Shown one piece after another: positions 8,791 through 17,435 of a DNA stretch of 64,000 nt (positions are counted from its first letter, which is position 1; every line of letters starts with the position of its first letter). The stretch covers positions 1,233,948-1,297,947 of the forward strand of contig OZ242348.1 in NCBI GenBank assembly GCA_965208625.1. The letters are read 5' to 3'. The translations under genes were made by a program, and so were the position numbers. The notes beneath the pieces were generated by a model. The model worked only from the letters and a program-made list of their open reading frames with translations, ran no database searches and was not told the DNA's origin. Origin of the DNA: Dehalococcoidia bacterium (GTDB taxonomy: Bacteria; Chloroflexota; Dehalococcoidia; Lucifugimonadales; Australimonadaceae).

Positions 8791-8915
8791 CGCGGGCAAA
8801 CGAAAGGGCCGGAACGCCGATCGCGCCCCGGCCCATCTTCTCTCGTCGTTCCTGCGGAGGCACGCGCTTTAGCGCGCAACCTCGCAGCCCCGCCTTCCGT
8901 AGGCAGTGCCGCCGC

Positions 8916-9650
8916 TTACTTCAGGTGTGCCCCGAAGAACGCCAGCGTCTTCGGCCATGAGTCGGCGGACGCTGCCTCGTGGTAGCTCCCGCGCTCGGTG
9001 CAGAAGAAGCCGTGACCGGCGCCCTCGTAGACGTGGTTCTCTATCGACTTGCCCTTCTCCTTCAGCACCCGCTCCATCTCCTCGACGTTGGAGACGGGGA
9101 TGCCGCCGTCCTCGGTACCCCAGAAGCCGATGATGGGGGCCTGCACCGCGTCGGCGGTGGCGTCGAGCAGACGAGGCGCATCCGCCGGGGCGTCCGGGCG
9201 CGGCAGGATGCCGCCGCCGTAGTAGACCGCCGCCGCCTTGATGCCGTCCATCGTCGACCCGAGGTAGGAGACCATCCCGCCGAAGCAGAAGCCGACGATG
9301 CCGATGTTGTCGGTGTCCACGTCCGGGTTGCTCCGCAGGTAGTCGATCGTCGCCTGCACGTCCGCGAAGACGTCGTCGTTGCTCAGCTTGCCGCGCTCCG
9401 CGAACGCCGCCTGCATCTCGGAGAACGGGATGTCGACGCCGGTCCCGGAACGGTGGAACAGCTCCGGCGCAGCCGCGAAGTAGCCCTCGTTCGCGAAACG
9501 GTCCGCGATGCTGCGGACGTCGTTGTTCACGCCGAAGATCTCCTGGATCACGATCACCGCGGGACTCTTCCCGCCGCCGTCCGGGCGCGCCGTGTAGATT
9601 GACATCGGGCTGCCGCCCGCACTCACTTCCGCAACGTCCGATACTGCCAT
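8916..9650 (-). CDS. dienelactone hydrolase family protein
   Basis: Start trimmed to the ATG at 9648-9650 (GGAGGGAG upstream). Shows PAVIVIQEIFGVN, the nucleophile motif GIVGFCFGG and the C-terminal YEGAGHGF, as in DLH-type alpha/beta hydrolases. Confidence 0.85.
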   Translation of the reverse strand: MAVSDVAEVSAGGSPMSIYTARPDGGGKSPAVIVIQEIFGVNNDVRSIADRFANEGYFAAAPELFHRSGTGVDIPFSEMQAAFAERGKLSNDDVFADVQATIDYLRSNPDVDTDNIGIVGFCFGGMVSYLGSTMDGIKAAAVYYGGGILPRPDAPADAPRLLDATADAVQAPIIGFWGTEDGGIPVSNVEEMERVLKEKGKSIENHVYEGAGHGFFCTERGSYHEAASADSWPKTLAFFGAHLK

Positions 9651-9927
9651 GCTCTCCCTCCGTTTTGTACGTGATGGGCCGGCCGCGTCACCGGCCGCCG
9701 CCATCCTACACCAACGCGCCCTCTCCCGCCGCCCGCGCACGGTTAACGCATGACACCGGCCCCTTACGCCGTCGTCCCGCCTCCGCGTACCCTGTCCCCA
9801 TGACGGTTGAGAACGGAATCTGGCCATCGGAACGGGTGACATCTGCCCGCTGTGTGGACGATGCAATCCGCCCGTACTCTGTTCTGGTCCACCCCTCACA
9901 GAAGGCGAGGCCAGAGAACGCGGAGGA

Positions 9928-10050
9928 GGGCTCGGATGGGCTCAGAAGGGCTCAAGAAATGGCTCAGATGAACCCACATGAGCCCCCAAAGGGCTCATAC
10001 AGGAAACCCGTTTTACGAACGCAGGAGCACGTGATGAGCCTTAATGAGCC
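9928..10050. promoter_or_regulatory. array of GGGCTCA / TGAGCC motifs in a divergent intergenic region (candidate transcription-factor binding array)
   Basis: Direct copies start at 9928, 9938, 9948, 9961(GGCTCA) and 9991. Inverted copies (TGAGCC) lie at 9979, 10035 and 10045. Two runs have exact 10-bp spacing. Located between the divergent genes starting at 9650 (-) and 10159 (+). Confidence 0.35.
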
Positions 10051-10158
10051 GGTTTTCAGCGAAACTTCTCTGATCAACGGCCTGGTGCCCTGCCATGGTG
10101 TTGCTTCCCCCCTGCCCGCCCCTAGCCGTGCCGAGCCTGCCTGTGTGAGAATCGACGC

Positions 10159-11457
10159 ATGAGCAACAGCAACCGCACCCCCGAAGAACAAGCCCTGATG
10201 ACCAAAGCCGCGGCCGTGCTGCCCGGTGGAACGCTCGGCAACCTCCGCCTCGACGAGGAGCACGCTTTCGTCGTGCGCGAGGGCCACGGCTCCCGCGTCA
10301 TCGACATAAGCGGCAACGAGTACATCGACTACCTGCTCGGCTCCGGCCCCATGGTGCTGGGACACGCCCACCCGAAGGTGATCGCCGCAGCCACTGAGGC
10401 GATGATGAAGGGCACGACGTTCTTCACCCAGAACGCCTACGCCATCGAGCTCGCCGAGCGCATCGTCGAGGCCATGCCGTGCGCGGAGCAGGTGCGGTTC
10501 GTCAGCAGCGGCTCCGAGGCCACCTACAACGCGCTCAAGGTCGCCCGCGCGTTCCGCAAGCGCGAGAAGATACTGAAGTTCGAGGGCGGCTACCACGGCA
10601 CGCACGACTACTCGCTCATGAGCCTCGCCCCCTCAGGCAACACGCCCTACCCGCAGGCCGAGCCCAGCTCCGCCGGCATCCCCCGAGCCATCCAGGAGAC
10701 CGTCCTCGTGGCGCCGTTCAACGACCTCAACGCCGTCGAGGACATGCTCGACCGCTACCACGACGAACTCGCCGCGGTCATCGTGGAGCCGGTGCAACGC
10801 ACCATCGCGCCGCAGCCCGGGTTCCTGCCGGGACTCCGCGAACTCACGAACCGTTACGGCGTCCTGCTCATCTACGACGAGGTTGTCACTGGCTTCCGCC
10901 TCGCCTACGGCGGAGCGCAGGAGTACTACAACGCCGTACCGGACATCGCCGCCATCGGCAAGATCGTCGGGGGCGGCTTCCCGCTCGCGGCCATCGTCGG
11001 ACGGCGCGAGATCATGGAATCGTACGATCAGGGCTCCGTGGCGCCGGACGTCTACGTCCCGCAGAGCGGCACCCTCAACGGCAACCCCGTCGCCGCTGCC
11101 GCCGGGCTCGCCACCCTCGAGATCCTGCGAGAGCCGGGGACCTACGAGGCGTACCACGCCCGCGCCGCCACGCTCCGCAACACGCTCCAGCGCCTCTTCG
11201 ACGAGGCAGAGATCCCGGCGCAGGTCAGCGGCATCGACATGATGTTCGACGTCTTCTTCACCGAGCACCCCATCGTCGACTACCGCTCGACGCTCGTGGA
11301 CAAGACGCTCAACCGCGTCTTCGACAACACGCTGCTGGACAACGGCATCCTCAAGTCGCCCGGCAAACTCTACGTGGGCGCCTGCCACTCGGACGAGGAC
11401 ATCGAGCGCACCATCGAGGTGTTCCGCCTCGGCGTCGCCGCCGTCCGCGACGCGTGA
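10159..11457 (+). CDS. class III PLP-dependent aminotransferase (glutamate-1-semialdehyde aminomutase-like)
   Basis: 432 aa. Shows LPGGTLGN, SGSEATYNALKVARAF, EGGYHGTHDY, YDEVVTGFR and the PLP-lysine context AAIGKIVGGGFPLAA. Confidence 0.9.
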   Translation: MSNSNRTPEEQALMTKAAAVLPGGTLGNLRLDEEHAFVVREGHGSRVIDISGNEYIDYLLGSGPMVLGHAHPKVIAAATEAMMKGTTFFTQNAYAIELAERIVEAMPCAEQVRFVSSGSEATYNALKVARAFRKREKILKFEGGYHGTHDYSLMSLAPSGNTPYPQAEPSSAGIPRAIQETVLVAPFNDLNAVEDMLDRYHDELAAVIVEPVQRTIAPQPGFLPGLRELTNRYGVLLIYDEVVTGFRLAYGGAQEYYNAVPDIAAIGKIVGGGFPLAAIVGRREIMESYDQGSVAPDVYVPQSGTLNGNPVAAAAGLATLEILREPGTYEAYHARAATLRNTLQRLFDEAEIPAQVSGIDMMFDVFFTEHPIVDYRSTLVDKTLNRVFDNTLLDNGILKSPGKLYVGACHSDEDIERTIEVFRLGVAAVRDA

Positions 11458-11485
11458 TGGGGGACCGGGGGCTCTGACAGCAGCA

Positions 11486-12925
11486 ATGAGCTTCCGGTGT
11501 AGTACATCACCTGTAGTTGCGGCTGCGTTGGCGTTGCTAACCGCCGCCTGCGGAAGCGGAACCTCCGCACCAAACACGTCAACTGTTGATGTGCCTCGCG
11601 CAACAGCTACGCCTATCACTCAGGCAACCGTTGATCAGCAGGAAGCAACCCGAGAAGCACCAATCGGGGAACCAACCGCACCAGTAGACTCTGCGCTCTC
11701 TGTGCCAGTGCGCTTGGTTAAGGTGTTTGACGGAGATTCCGGCATCGCAGCCGACAGCCAAGGAGAGTTCGAATTTAGACTCTATGGAATAGACGCGCCG
11801 GAACGTGATGACATCTCTCGTGACGCGCTGAACCGGTTGATCTCTGAATTCGGGAACGACCTTTACGCTGAAGATAGAGACGTGGACATATATGGGCGAA
11901 GAGTAATTTTACTCCGCACTCAGGACGGTTCGCGCGTAGTCAATCTTGAGATGGTAAGGAGGGGTTACGCGGAACCCTACATCGTGTATGGCGAACTCGA
12001 AGGCGTTTTCGATGCTGCCGCAGAGGCAAGAGCAGACCAACGTGGCGTCTGGGGGCCAACTCCAACGGCTACACCGAAGGTAGGTCTTACGTCCCGCCAG
12101 GAAGAGATACTTGGCTCCGTCCGCCGCAGTTCGTCATTGACCAATCAGCGTTTATGGCAGTTGACCTACGAATTCATCAATGAGGGAAGGTCTGGAAGTT
12201 ACGATGATGGATATGCCGTGGGCTACGCTGACGGTTCCAACTGCGATGCGCTGCTTCTCCTAGCGCAACGTCTGATGAACTCATCACACCCGGCGCTGGG
12301 AGACAATGTCCTTGCGGTTGTCGTGGACTACTTTGGCGAACGGTCTGCCTCAGCTTATGCGGAAGGCTACGTAGATGGTTACAGGGGCGGTCGCGGCTGC
12401 ACACCATGGAATGACATCTCTCCGCATACCCAACTCTCAGCGACCGAAGAAGGGCGCCTCGAAGTTCATGGAAACGCCCTTGCGGCCTCCAGTATGTATA
12501 ACCGAGCCAATCAAAGTGTCCAGCAATTTCTACATCACCTCTTCGGCGCTCTTAATGCTGAGTATGTGGCAACCGCCATACTCAATCCCAATGCAGATGG
12601 TCCTACCTTCCGCGATTACGCTCATTCACATTTGGGTGGAGAAGGGCTTCGTGACCGAGCTTGGTGGAAGAACACTTTCGATTCTCTGCGGAACACTTAC
12701 AGCAACCCGAGTACCCGTTTGTCCGGGAGCCAACAGGCTGCATTGGACGAATTTCATGACCAAGCGCTGCACCTGTACACTCAGGCGCTTGAAGCCTGTT
12801 GGCCGGGAATGAGAGGCTACATCCCAGACCACGTAGACAGAACATACAGAGCGGCACGAGACTCCAACCCTGCCATTGGCCCTTGGGAGTTCGTCAGCCA
12901 GCAGGAGCACCCGTGTCCGAGTTGA
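11486..12925 (+). CDS. lipoprotein with a staphylococcal (thermo)nuclease domain and a ~280-aa C-terminal region of unknown function
   Basis: Lipobox LLTAAC at the N-terminus. SNase-like core VKVFDGDSGI...FRLYGIDAPE...YGRRVILL...EMVRRGYA...ADQRGVWG. Visibly lower GC and more A/T-ending codons than the flanks. Confidence 0.8.
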   Translation: MSFRCSTSPVVAAALALLTAACGSGTSAPNTSTVDVPRATATPITQATVDQQEATREAPIGEPTAPVDSALSVPVRLVKVFDGDSGIAADSQGEFEFRLYGIDAPERDDISRDALNRLISEFGNDLYAEDRDVDIYGRRVILLRTQDGSRVVNLEMVRRGYAEPYIVYGELEGVFDAAAEARADQRGVWGPTPTATPKVGLTSRQEEILGSVRRSSSLTNQRLWQLTYEFINEGRSGSYDDGYAVGYADGSNCDALLLLAQRLMNSSHPALGDNVLAVVVDYFGERSASAYAEGYVDGYRGGRGCTPWNDISPHTQLSATEEGRLEVHGNALAASSMYNRANQSVQQFLHHLFGALNAEYVATAILNPNADGPTFRDYAHSHLGGEGLRDRAWWKNTFDSLRNTYSNPSTRLSGSQQAALDEFHDQALHLYTQALEACWPGMRGYIPDHVDRTYRAARDSNPAIGPWEFVSQQEHPCPS

Positions 12926-12962
12926 GAAACATCTTGCCTCGCTGCATGTCTGCCATGTGTGA

Positions 12963-13562
12963 ATGACTATGGCAGCCATCTTCCGACTCGTCCGCGAAGA
13001 CGACGCGGAGCAGGTAGCGGCCATCTACGCGCCCTACGCGAACGACACTGCCATCAGCTTCGCCGACCGCGCCCCCTCCGCCGAGGAGTACTGCGAGCGC
13101 ATCCGCACGACGACCGCACGCCTGCCGTGGGTCGTCTGCGAGCGCGACGGCATCGTGGCCGGTTACGCCTACGCCAGCCCGCACCGGGTATCCCCGGCCT
13201 ACCGGTGGTCGGTCGAAACGAGCATCTACGTCCACCCGGAACACCAACGGACGGGTGTCGGAGGAGCGCTCTACGCCGCCCTGCTGGAGGCGCTCCGCCT
13301 GCTCGGCTACCACCGCGCCCTCGCAGGCGTCACCGACCCTAATCCAGCCAGCGTCGGGCTGCACGAGGCCGTCGGCTTCGAACGCTTCGCCACATTCGAC
13401 GACGTCGGCTACAAGCTCGGCTCGTGGCGGAGCGTCATCTGGCTCGTCTACCGGCTGGGGAACGACAACTACCCGCCCACGGAGCCGCGTCTGCTCCCGG
13501 ACGTGCTTGGCACACCGGAGTGGGACGCCGCGCTCGCAGCAGGACAGGCGCTCCTGCGCTAG
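12963..13562 (+). CDS. GNAT family N-acetyltransferase (phosphinothricin acetyltransferase-like)
   Basis: 199 aa. IRLVREDDAEQVAAIYAPY-type N-terminus and the acetyl-CoA motif HPEHQRTGVGGALYAALLE. Architecture resembles PAT/YwnH. Confidence 0.8.
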   Translation: MTMAAIFRLVREDDAEQVAAIYAPYANDTAISFADRAPSAEEYCERIRTTTARLPWVVCERDGIVAGYAYASPHRVSPAYRWSVETSIYVHPEHQRTGVGGALYAALLEALRLLGYHRALAGVTDPNPASVGLHEAVGFERFATFDDVGYKLGSWRSVIWLVYRLGNDNYPPTEPRLLPDVLGTPEWDAALAAGQALLR

Positions 13563-13572
13563 CGCATGCGCC

Positions 13573-14496
13573 TTAGCGCGCGCCGTCGAAGAACAGCTCG
13601 TCCGGCGTGAAGCGGCGGCCGATGATGCCGAGGTCGGCGGCATAGCGCACGATCGTCTCGATGGCGCGGCGGTTGTTCTCCAGCCCGTTCTCGTGCGGGA
13701 AGAGGCCGTTCTCGCGCAGCCAGCCGACCCGCAGCCCCATGTGCTCGTCGTCGTCGGAGGCGTTGGCGTAGTAGAGACGGCGCGCCTCGTCGCAGGCGTC
13801 CACGACGGCCTGTCCAAATCCGGGGTTGGCGTCGAGCACATCGCTCTTCGCCGCCAGCATCACGTTGACCGGGAAGACGCCGCTCTGCCTGTGGTAGGTC
13901 AGCGCCGCTTCGAGCGGGTCTACGAACAGCGGCACGCGGTTGCCGCCCAGCGGCGGACCTCCACGGTCGAACAGCACCGCGTCCAGTTCGCCGCTATCCA
14001 GTTCCGCGATCTGGTCGCCGCCCTTCGAAATGCTGAAGCGCGGGTCGCGGGGGTAGTCGACGCTCATCAGCGAGTTCGGCTCCGCCTCCACCCAGTGCAC
14101 CTTCGTCAGGTCGAGGCCGTACACGTCCGCGAGCGCGCCGCGCATCCACGTGCCGGGGTTGAACCCCCAACCGCGCACGCCAACGCGCTTGCCCTCAAGG
14201 TCCTTCGGTCCAAGTACACCCGCGTTCACGTTCACCTGCGCCCCGACGTGCGAGAAGGACACGTCCGGGAAGACGGGGATGCCCATGACCGGGCATCCGA
14301 TGTCCCTCGCGATGAGGTAGTTGGTGATGGGCACCACCATGATGTCGTAGGGTGGCTCGGTGAACAGCTTGCCGTAGACCGAGCCGGAGCCCCCCTCCGG
14401 CCAGTCGATCTCAACGTCGAAGCCCTGCACCTTCACGGTGCCGTTCGCCAGGTACTCGGCGGCGTACTCGTGGTCCGCCATCAGTGTTATCGCCAT
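13573..14496 (-). CDS. PBP2-fold protein resembling the 4,5-dihydroxyphthalate decarboxylase (PhtD/Pht5) family
   Basis: 307 aa with no signal peptide. The segment IPVFPDVSFSHVGAQVNVNAGVLGPKDLEGKRVGVRGWGFNPGTWMRGALADVYGLDLTKVHWV follows the pattern I recall for PhtD-like decarboxylases. The specific function is uncertain. GAGGGAG RBS. Confidence 0.55.
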   Translation of the reverse strand: MAITLMADHEYAAEYLANGTVKVQGFDVEIDWPEGGSGSVYGKLFTEPPYDIMVVPITNYLIARDIGCPVMGIPVFPDVSFSHVGAQVNVNAGVLGPKDLEGKRVGVRGWGFNPGTWMRGALADVYGLDLTKVHWVEAEPNSLMSVDYPRDPRFSISKGGDQIAELDSGELDAVLFDRGGPPLGGNRVPLFVDPLEAALTYHRQSGVFPVNVMLAAKSDVLDANPGFGQAVVDACDEARRLYYANASDDDEHMGLRVGWLRENGLFPHENGLENNRRAIETIVRYAADLGIIGRRFTPDELFFDGAR

Positions 14497-14537
14497 CTGT
14501 CTCCCTCGTCCTTATCCGCTCCTTGTGGGAGGGAAGT

Positions 14538-16187
14538 CTATTCCGGTATGGGGTAGCCATCGGAGCGGCGGTCGGTGCCGCCGGTGTGGACGCCCCGTTC
14601 GTGGTCGATGCCTATCAATTGCACTGCGCCGGGCGTGCCGACGCTGGGGTACTGCCTCGTCTTGTGTCCTTTCGCCTCCAAGGCCAGAAGGGTCTCCTCC
14701 GGGATACCGTCCTCGAGGCGGAGCACCATCTCCTCGTCTATCGAGCGTGGATCAGTGCCGGGGAAGTGCGTCCAGCGCGGCGCGTCAGCCGCCTCCTGCA
14801 CGTTCATCCCGTGGTCGATCACGTTGGACACCGCCTGCGCGTTCCACTGCGGCTGGTTGTCGCCACCCGGCGTGCCGCCGACGAGGACGGGCTTGTCGTC
14901 CTTGAACACCATGTAGGCGTGGATGGTGTTGATGGTCTTCTTGCCCGGCGCGATGACGTTCACGTGTCCCTCGTCCAGGTAGAAACCGCGCCCTGCCCTG
15001 TCGTTCAGCAGGATGCCGGTGTCCCCACAAACGAACCCGCTGCCCCAGTACGCCGAGAGGCTGTGGATGAACGATACCGCGTTCCCCTCCTTGTCGATGA
15101 CGTTGAAGTACGACGTGCTCGGCGAGGGCGCGACGGAGTGCGCGAGTTCGCCTGCGGGCACGATGCCCTCCGCGGCGCGTTCCGGGTCGATGCTCTTGAT
15201 ACGCTCGGCGGCGTACTCGGGCGACAGCAGCTCGTCCAGCGGAACGTCGATAAACTCCGGGTCGCCGACGTACGCGAGGCGGTCGGCGAACGCCAGCCGC
15301 TTCGTCTCGACCATCGTGTGGATGTTCTCGATGGTGTTGTGGCCCATCGCAGCGAGGTCGAATCCGTCCAGCAGGCTCAGCAGTTCCAGCGTGAGCATGC
15401 CCTGCGACGGCAGGCCGGTCGCGTAGACCGTGTGGCCGTGGAAGCGGGCCGACGGCGGGTTCTCGTAGACGGTCGTCTCCTGTCCCGCGAGGTCTTCCTC
15501 GTCGATGAGGCCGCCGCCGGCCTCCATCGCCTGCGCTATCTGCTTGGCGATCGAGCCGAGGTAGAACTCGTCCGGCCCATGCTCGGCGATACGGCGCAGC
15601 GACCGCGCGAGGTTCGGCTGCGCGAACACGTCGCCGACCTGGTACGCGGAGCCGTCAGGCTTGATGTACGTCTTCGCGGTCGACTCGTACTTTGCGATCT
15701 TGTCGTAGTGGTCACTGAAGTAGCTGGCGGAGCGCGGCGGCAGCGAGAAGCCCTCCGACGCGAGGCTGATAGCCGGGTCGATGAGCGACGCCAGCGAGCG
15801 CGTCCCGAACCGGTCGACGATCGTCTGCCAGGCGCGCACCTCGCCGGGCACGGCAGGCGTCAGCGGGCCGTCCGCCGGCATCTTCACGTAGCCCAGGTCT
15901 GTGAAGTACTCCCGCCTAGCGCGCATCGGCGCCTTGCCGGAGCCGGATACGCCGTAGAGCGTGCCGGACGCGGCGTGGTAGAGGAGCGCGAATACCTCGC
16001 CCCCGATGCCACACATCATGGGCAACGTGACGGCTTCCGCCGCCGCAACCGCTACCGCGGCGTCGAACGCGTTCCCTCCTTCGCGCAGCACCTGTGCGCC
16101 CGCGGCGCCTGCCAGCGGGGAGGCGGAGCAGACCAGTCCGCGCGTCGTGTATATGGGGCTATGCGACCTGTTGATAACGCTGCTCAC
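14538..16187 (-). CDS. ggt: gamma-glutamyltranspeptidase family protein
   Basis: Autoprocessing threonine context PSTSYFNVIDKEGNAVSF (compare TTHYSVVDKDGNAV in E. coli GGT), plus GGNAFDAAVA and GGTDRRSDG near the C-terminus. Start set at the GTG 16185-16187 (GAGAGGTG upstream); the ORF is open to 16238. Confidence 0.85.
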   Translation of the reverse strand: MSSVINRSHSPIYTTRGLVCSASPLAGAAGAQVLREGGNAFDAAVAVAAAEAVTLPMMCGIGGEVFALLYHAASGTLYGVSGSGKAPMRARREYFTDLGYVKMPADGPLTPAVPGEVRAWQTIVDRFGTRSLASLIDPAISLASEGFSLPPRSASYFSDHYDKIAKYESTAKTYIKPDGSAYQVGDVFAQPNLARSLRRIAEHGPDEFYLGSIAKQIAQAMEAGGGLIDEEDLAGQETTVYENPPSARFHGHTVYATGLPSQGMLTLELLSLLDGFDLAAMGHNTIENIHTMVETKRLAFADRLAYVGDPEFIDVPLDELLSPEYAAERIKSIDPERAAEGIVPAGELAHSVAPSPSTSYFNVIDKEGNAVSFIHSLSAYWGSGFVCGDTGILLNDRAGRGFYLDEGHVNVIAPGKKTINTIHAYMVFKDDKPVLVGGTPGGDNQPQWNAQAVSNVIDHGMNVQEAADAPRWTHFPGTDPRSIDEEMVLRLEDGIPEETLLALEAKGHKTRQYPSVGTPGAVQLIGIDHERGVHTGGTDRRSDGYPIPE

Positions 16188-16295
16188 GATGACACCTCTC
16201 ACACGAGTATCCGGGCAGCGGCATGATATGCTCCGCATCTGTCACCGGCAAACCCACCGCGCCCGGCGCGGCCCACGAAGAAGCGAGGGAGCACC

Positions 16296-17390
16296 ATGGC
16301 TGAAGACTTCACCTACGACCGCTGGATGAATGCACAGGACATACCCGTCCACCGCGGCTACTACATCGAGGACCTCCGCGACATCGAACTCGCCCCGTGG
16401 AGCCTGCGCGAATGCGACGCCGCCTTCATCCAGTTGGAGGGTATGCCTGGCGTGGTGGAGGGACGCGTGCAGGAGGTGCCGCCGGGCGGCTCCATCAAGC
16501 CGTTCAAGCAGGCGATAGACGAGATGGTCTACGTCGCCAGCGGACAGGGCACCGCGTCCGTATGGAGCGGCGACGGCGGCGAACGGCACACGTTCGAGTG
16601 GTCGCCGCGCTCACTGTTCCTGGTCCCGCGCAACTCGTGGGCGCAGTTCAACAACATGCAGGGCGACAGGCCCGCCCGTCTGCTGCACTACAGCTACCTG
16701 CCCATCGCCATGTCCGCCATCCCCAACCCGGACTTCTTCTTCAACAACCCGTATGAGGAAGACGTACTGCGAGGGGCTGACTTCTACTCCGAGGCCGAGG
16801 CAACGACGCAGGAGCACGTGGCCGAGGGCGCAGCGGGACGCACGCTCTGGCTCGGCAACTTCTTCCCGGACATGGGCGTGTGGGACAAGCTGATGCATCG
16901 CCCCGGACGCGGCTCCATGAACCGCTCCGTCTACATGCGCATACCGGGCTCCGAACTGCACGCGCACATGTCGGTCTTTCCCGCCGGGACGTACAAGAAG
17001 GGCCACCGCCACGGGCCGGGCCGCGTCATCGTCATCCCTGGCGGCGAGGGCTACTCCATCATGTGGCAGGAGGGCCAGGAGAAGATGGTCATCCACTGGC
17101 ACGAGGCGAGCTGCTTCGTACCGCCGGACCGCTGGTTCCACCAGCACTTCAACCTGGGCGCCGCCCCCGGACGCTACCTCGCACTGCATCCCCCGAACCA
17201 GTTCATGGGTATGTCCGAGTCCGTGCAGGACCTCTCGCGCGACCAGATCGAGTACCCGGACGAGGAGCCCTGGATACGCGAGTACTTCGAGAACCAACTC
17301 GCCGAGCGCGGCATCGAGTCACAGATGCCGGACGAGGCGTACCGCGACCCCAACTACCGCTGGGACTACACCGGCGTGGAGAATCACTAG
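16296..17390 (+). CDS. bicupin metalloprotein (cupin B), paralog of 5722-6822
   Basis: 364 aa with the same motifs GHRHGPGRVIVIPGGEG and PPDRWFHQHFN. An 87-residue C-terminal tract differs from copy A at only 7 positions (by-eye alignment). GAGGGAG RBS. Confidence 0.8.
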   Translation: MAEDFTYDRWMNAQDIPVHRGYYIEDLRDIELAPWSLRECDAAFIQLEGMPGVVEGRVQEVPPGGSIKPFKQAIDEMVYVASGQGTASVWSGDGGERHTFEWSPRSLFLVPRNSWAQFNNMQGDRPARLLHYSYLPIAMSAIPNPDFFFNNPYEEDVLRGADFYSEAEATTQEHVAEGAAGRTLWLGNFFPDMGVWDKLMHRPGRGSMNRSVYMRIPGSELHAHMSVFPAGTYKKGHRHGPGRVIVIPGGEGYSIMWQEGQEKMVIHWHEASCFVPPDRWFHQHFNLGAAPGRYLALHPPNQFMGMSESVQDLSRDQIEYPDEEPWIREYFENQLAERGIESQMPDEAYRDPNYRWDYTGVENH

Positions 17391-17435
17391 CCCTCCCGCC
17401 CATCGCATAGACAACCGAAAGGAAGACCAGCCCTC

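Noticed and set aside
5662-8799. 1045-aa minus-strand ORF, the longest in the track
   Set aside because: It runs exactly antisense to the cupin A, EutA-like and small membrane genes. Its Arg/Asp/Ala/Val/Gly/His-rich composition carries no recognisable motif. The plus-strand genes have clear family motifs and RBSs. It is a typical high-GC shadow ORF.
9599-10162. 187-aa plus-strand ORF filling the DLH/aminotransferase intergenic region
   Set aside because: It has no RBS and no recognisable domains. It overlaps the DLH gene start in antisense, and its sequence is dominated by the GGGCTCA motif array. It was therefore treated as non-coding regulatory DNA.
14484-16226. 580-aa plus-strand ORF
   Set aside because: Antisense to the gamma-glutamyltranspeptidase gene, which has the diagnostic autoprocessing Thr context. 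The plus frame is Arg/Val/Asp-rich with no recognisable homology.
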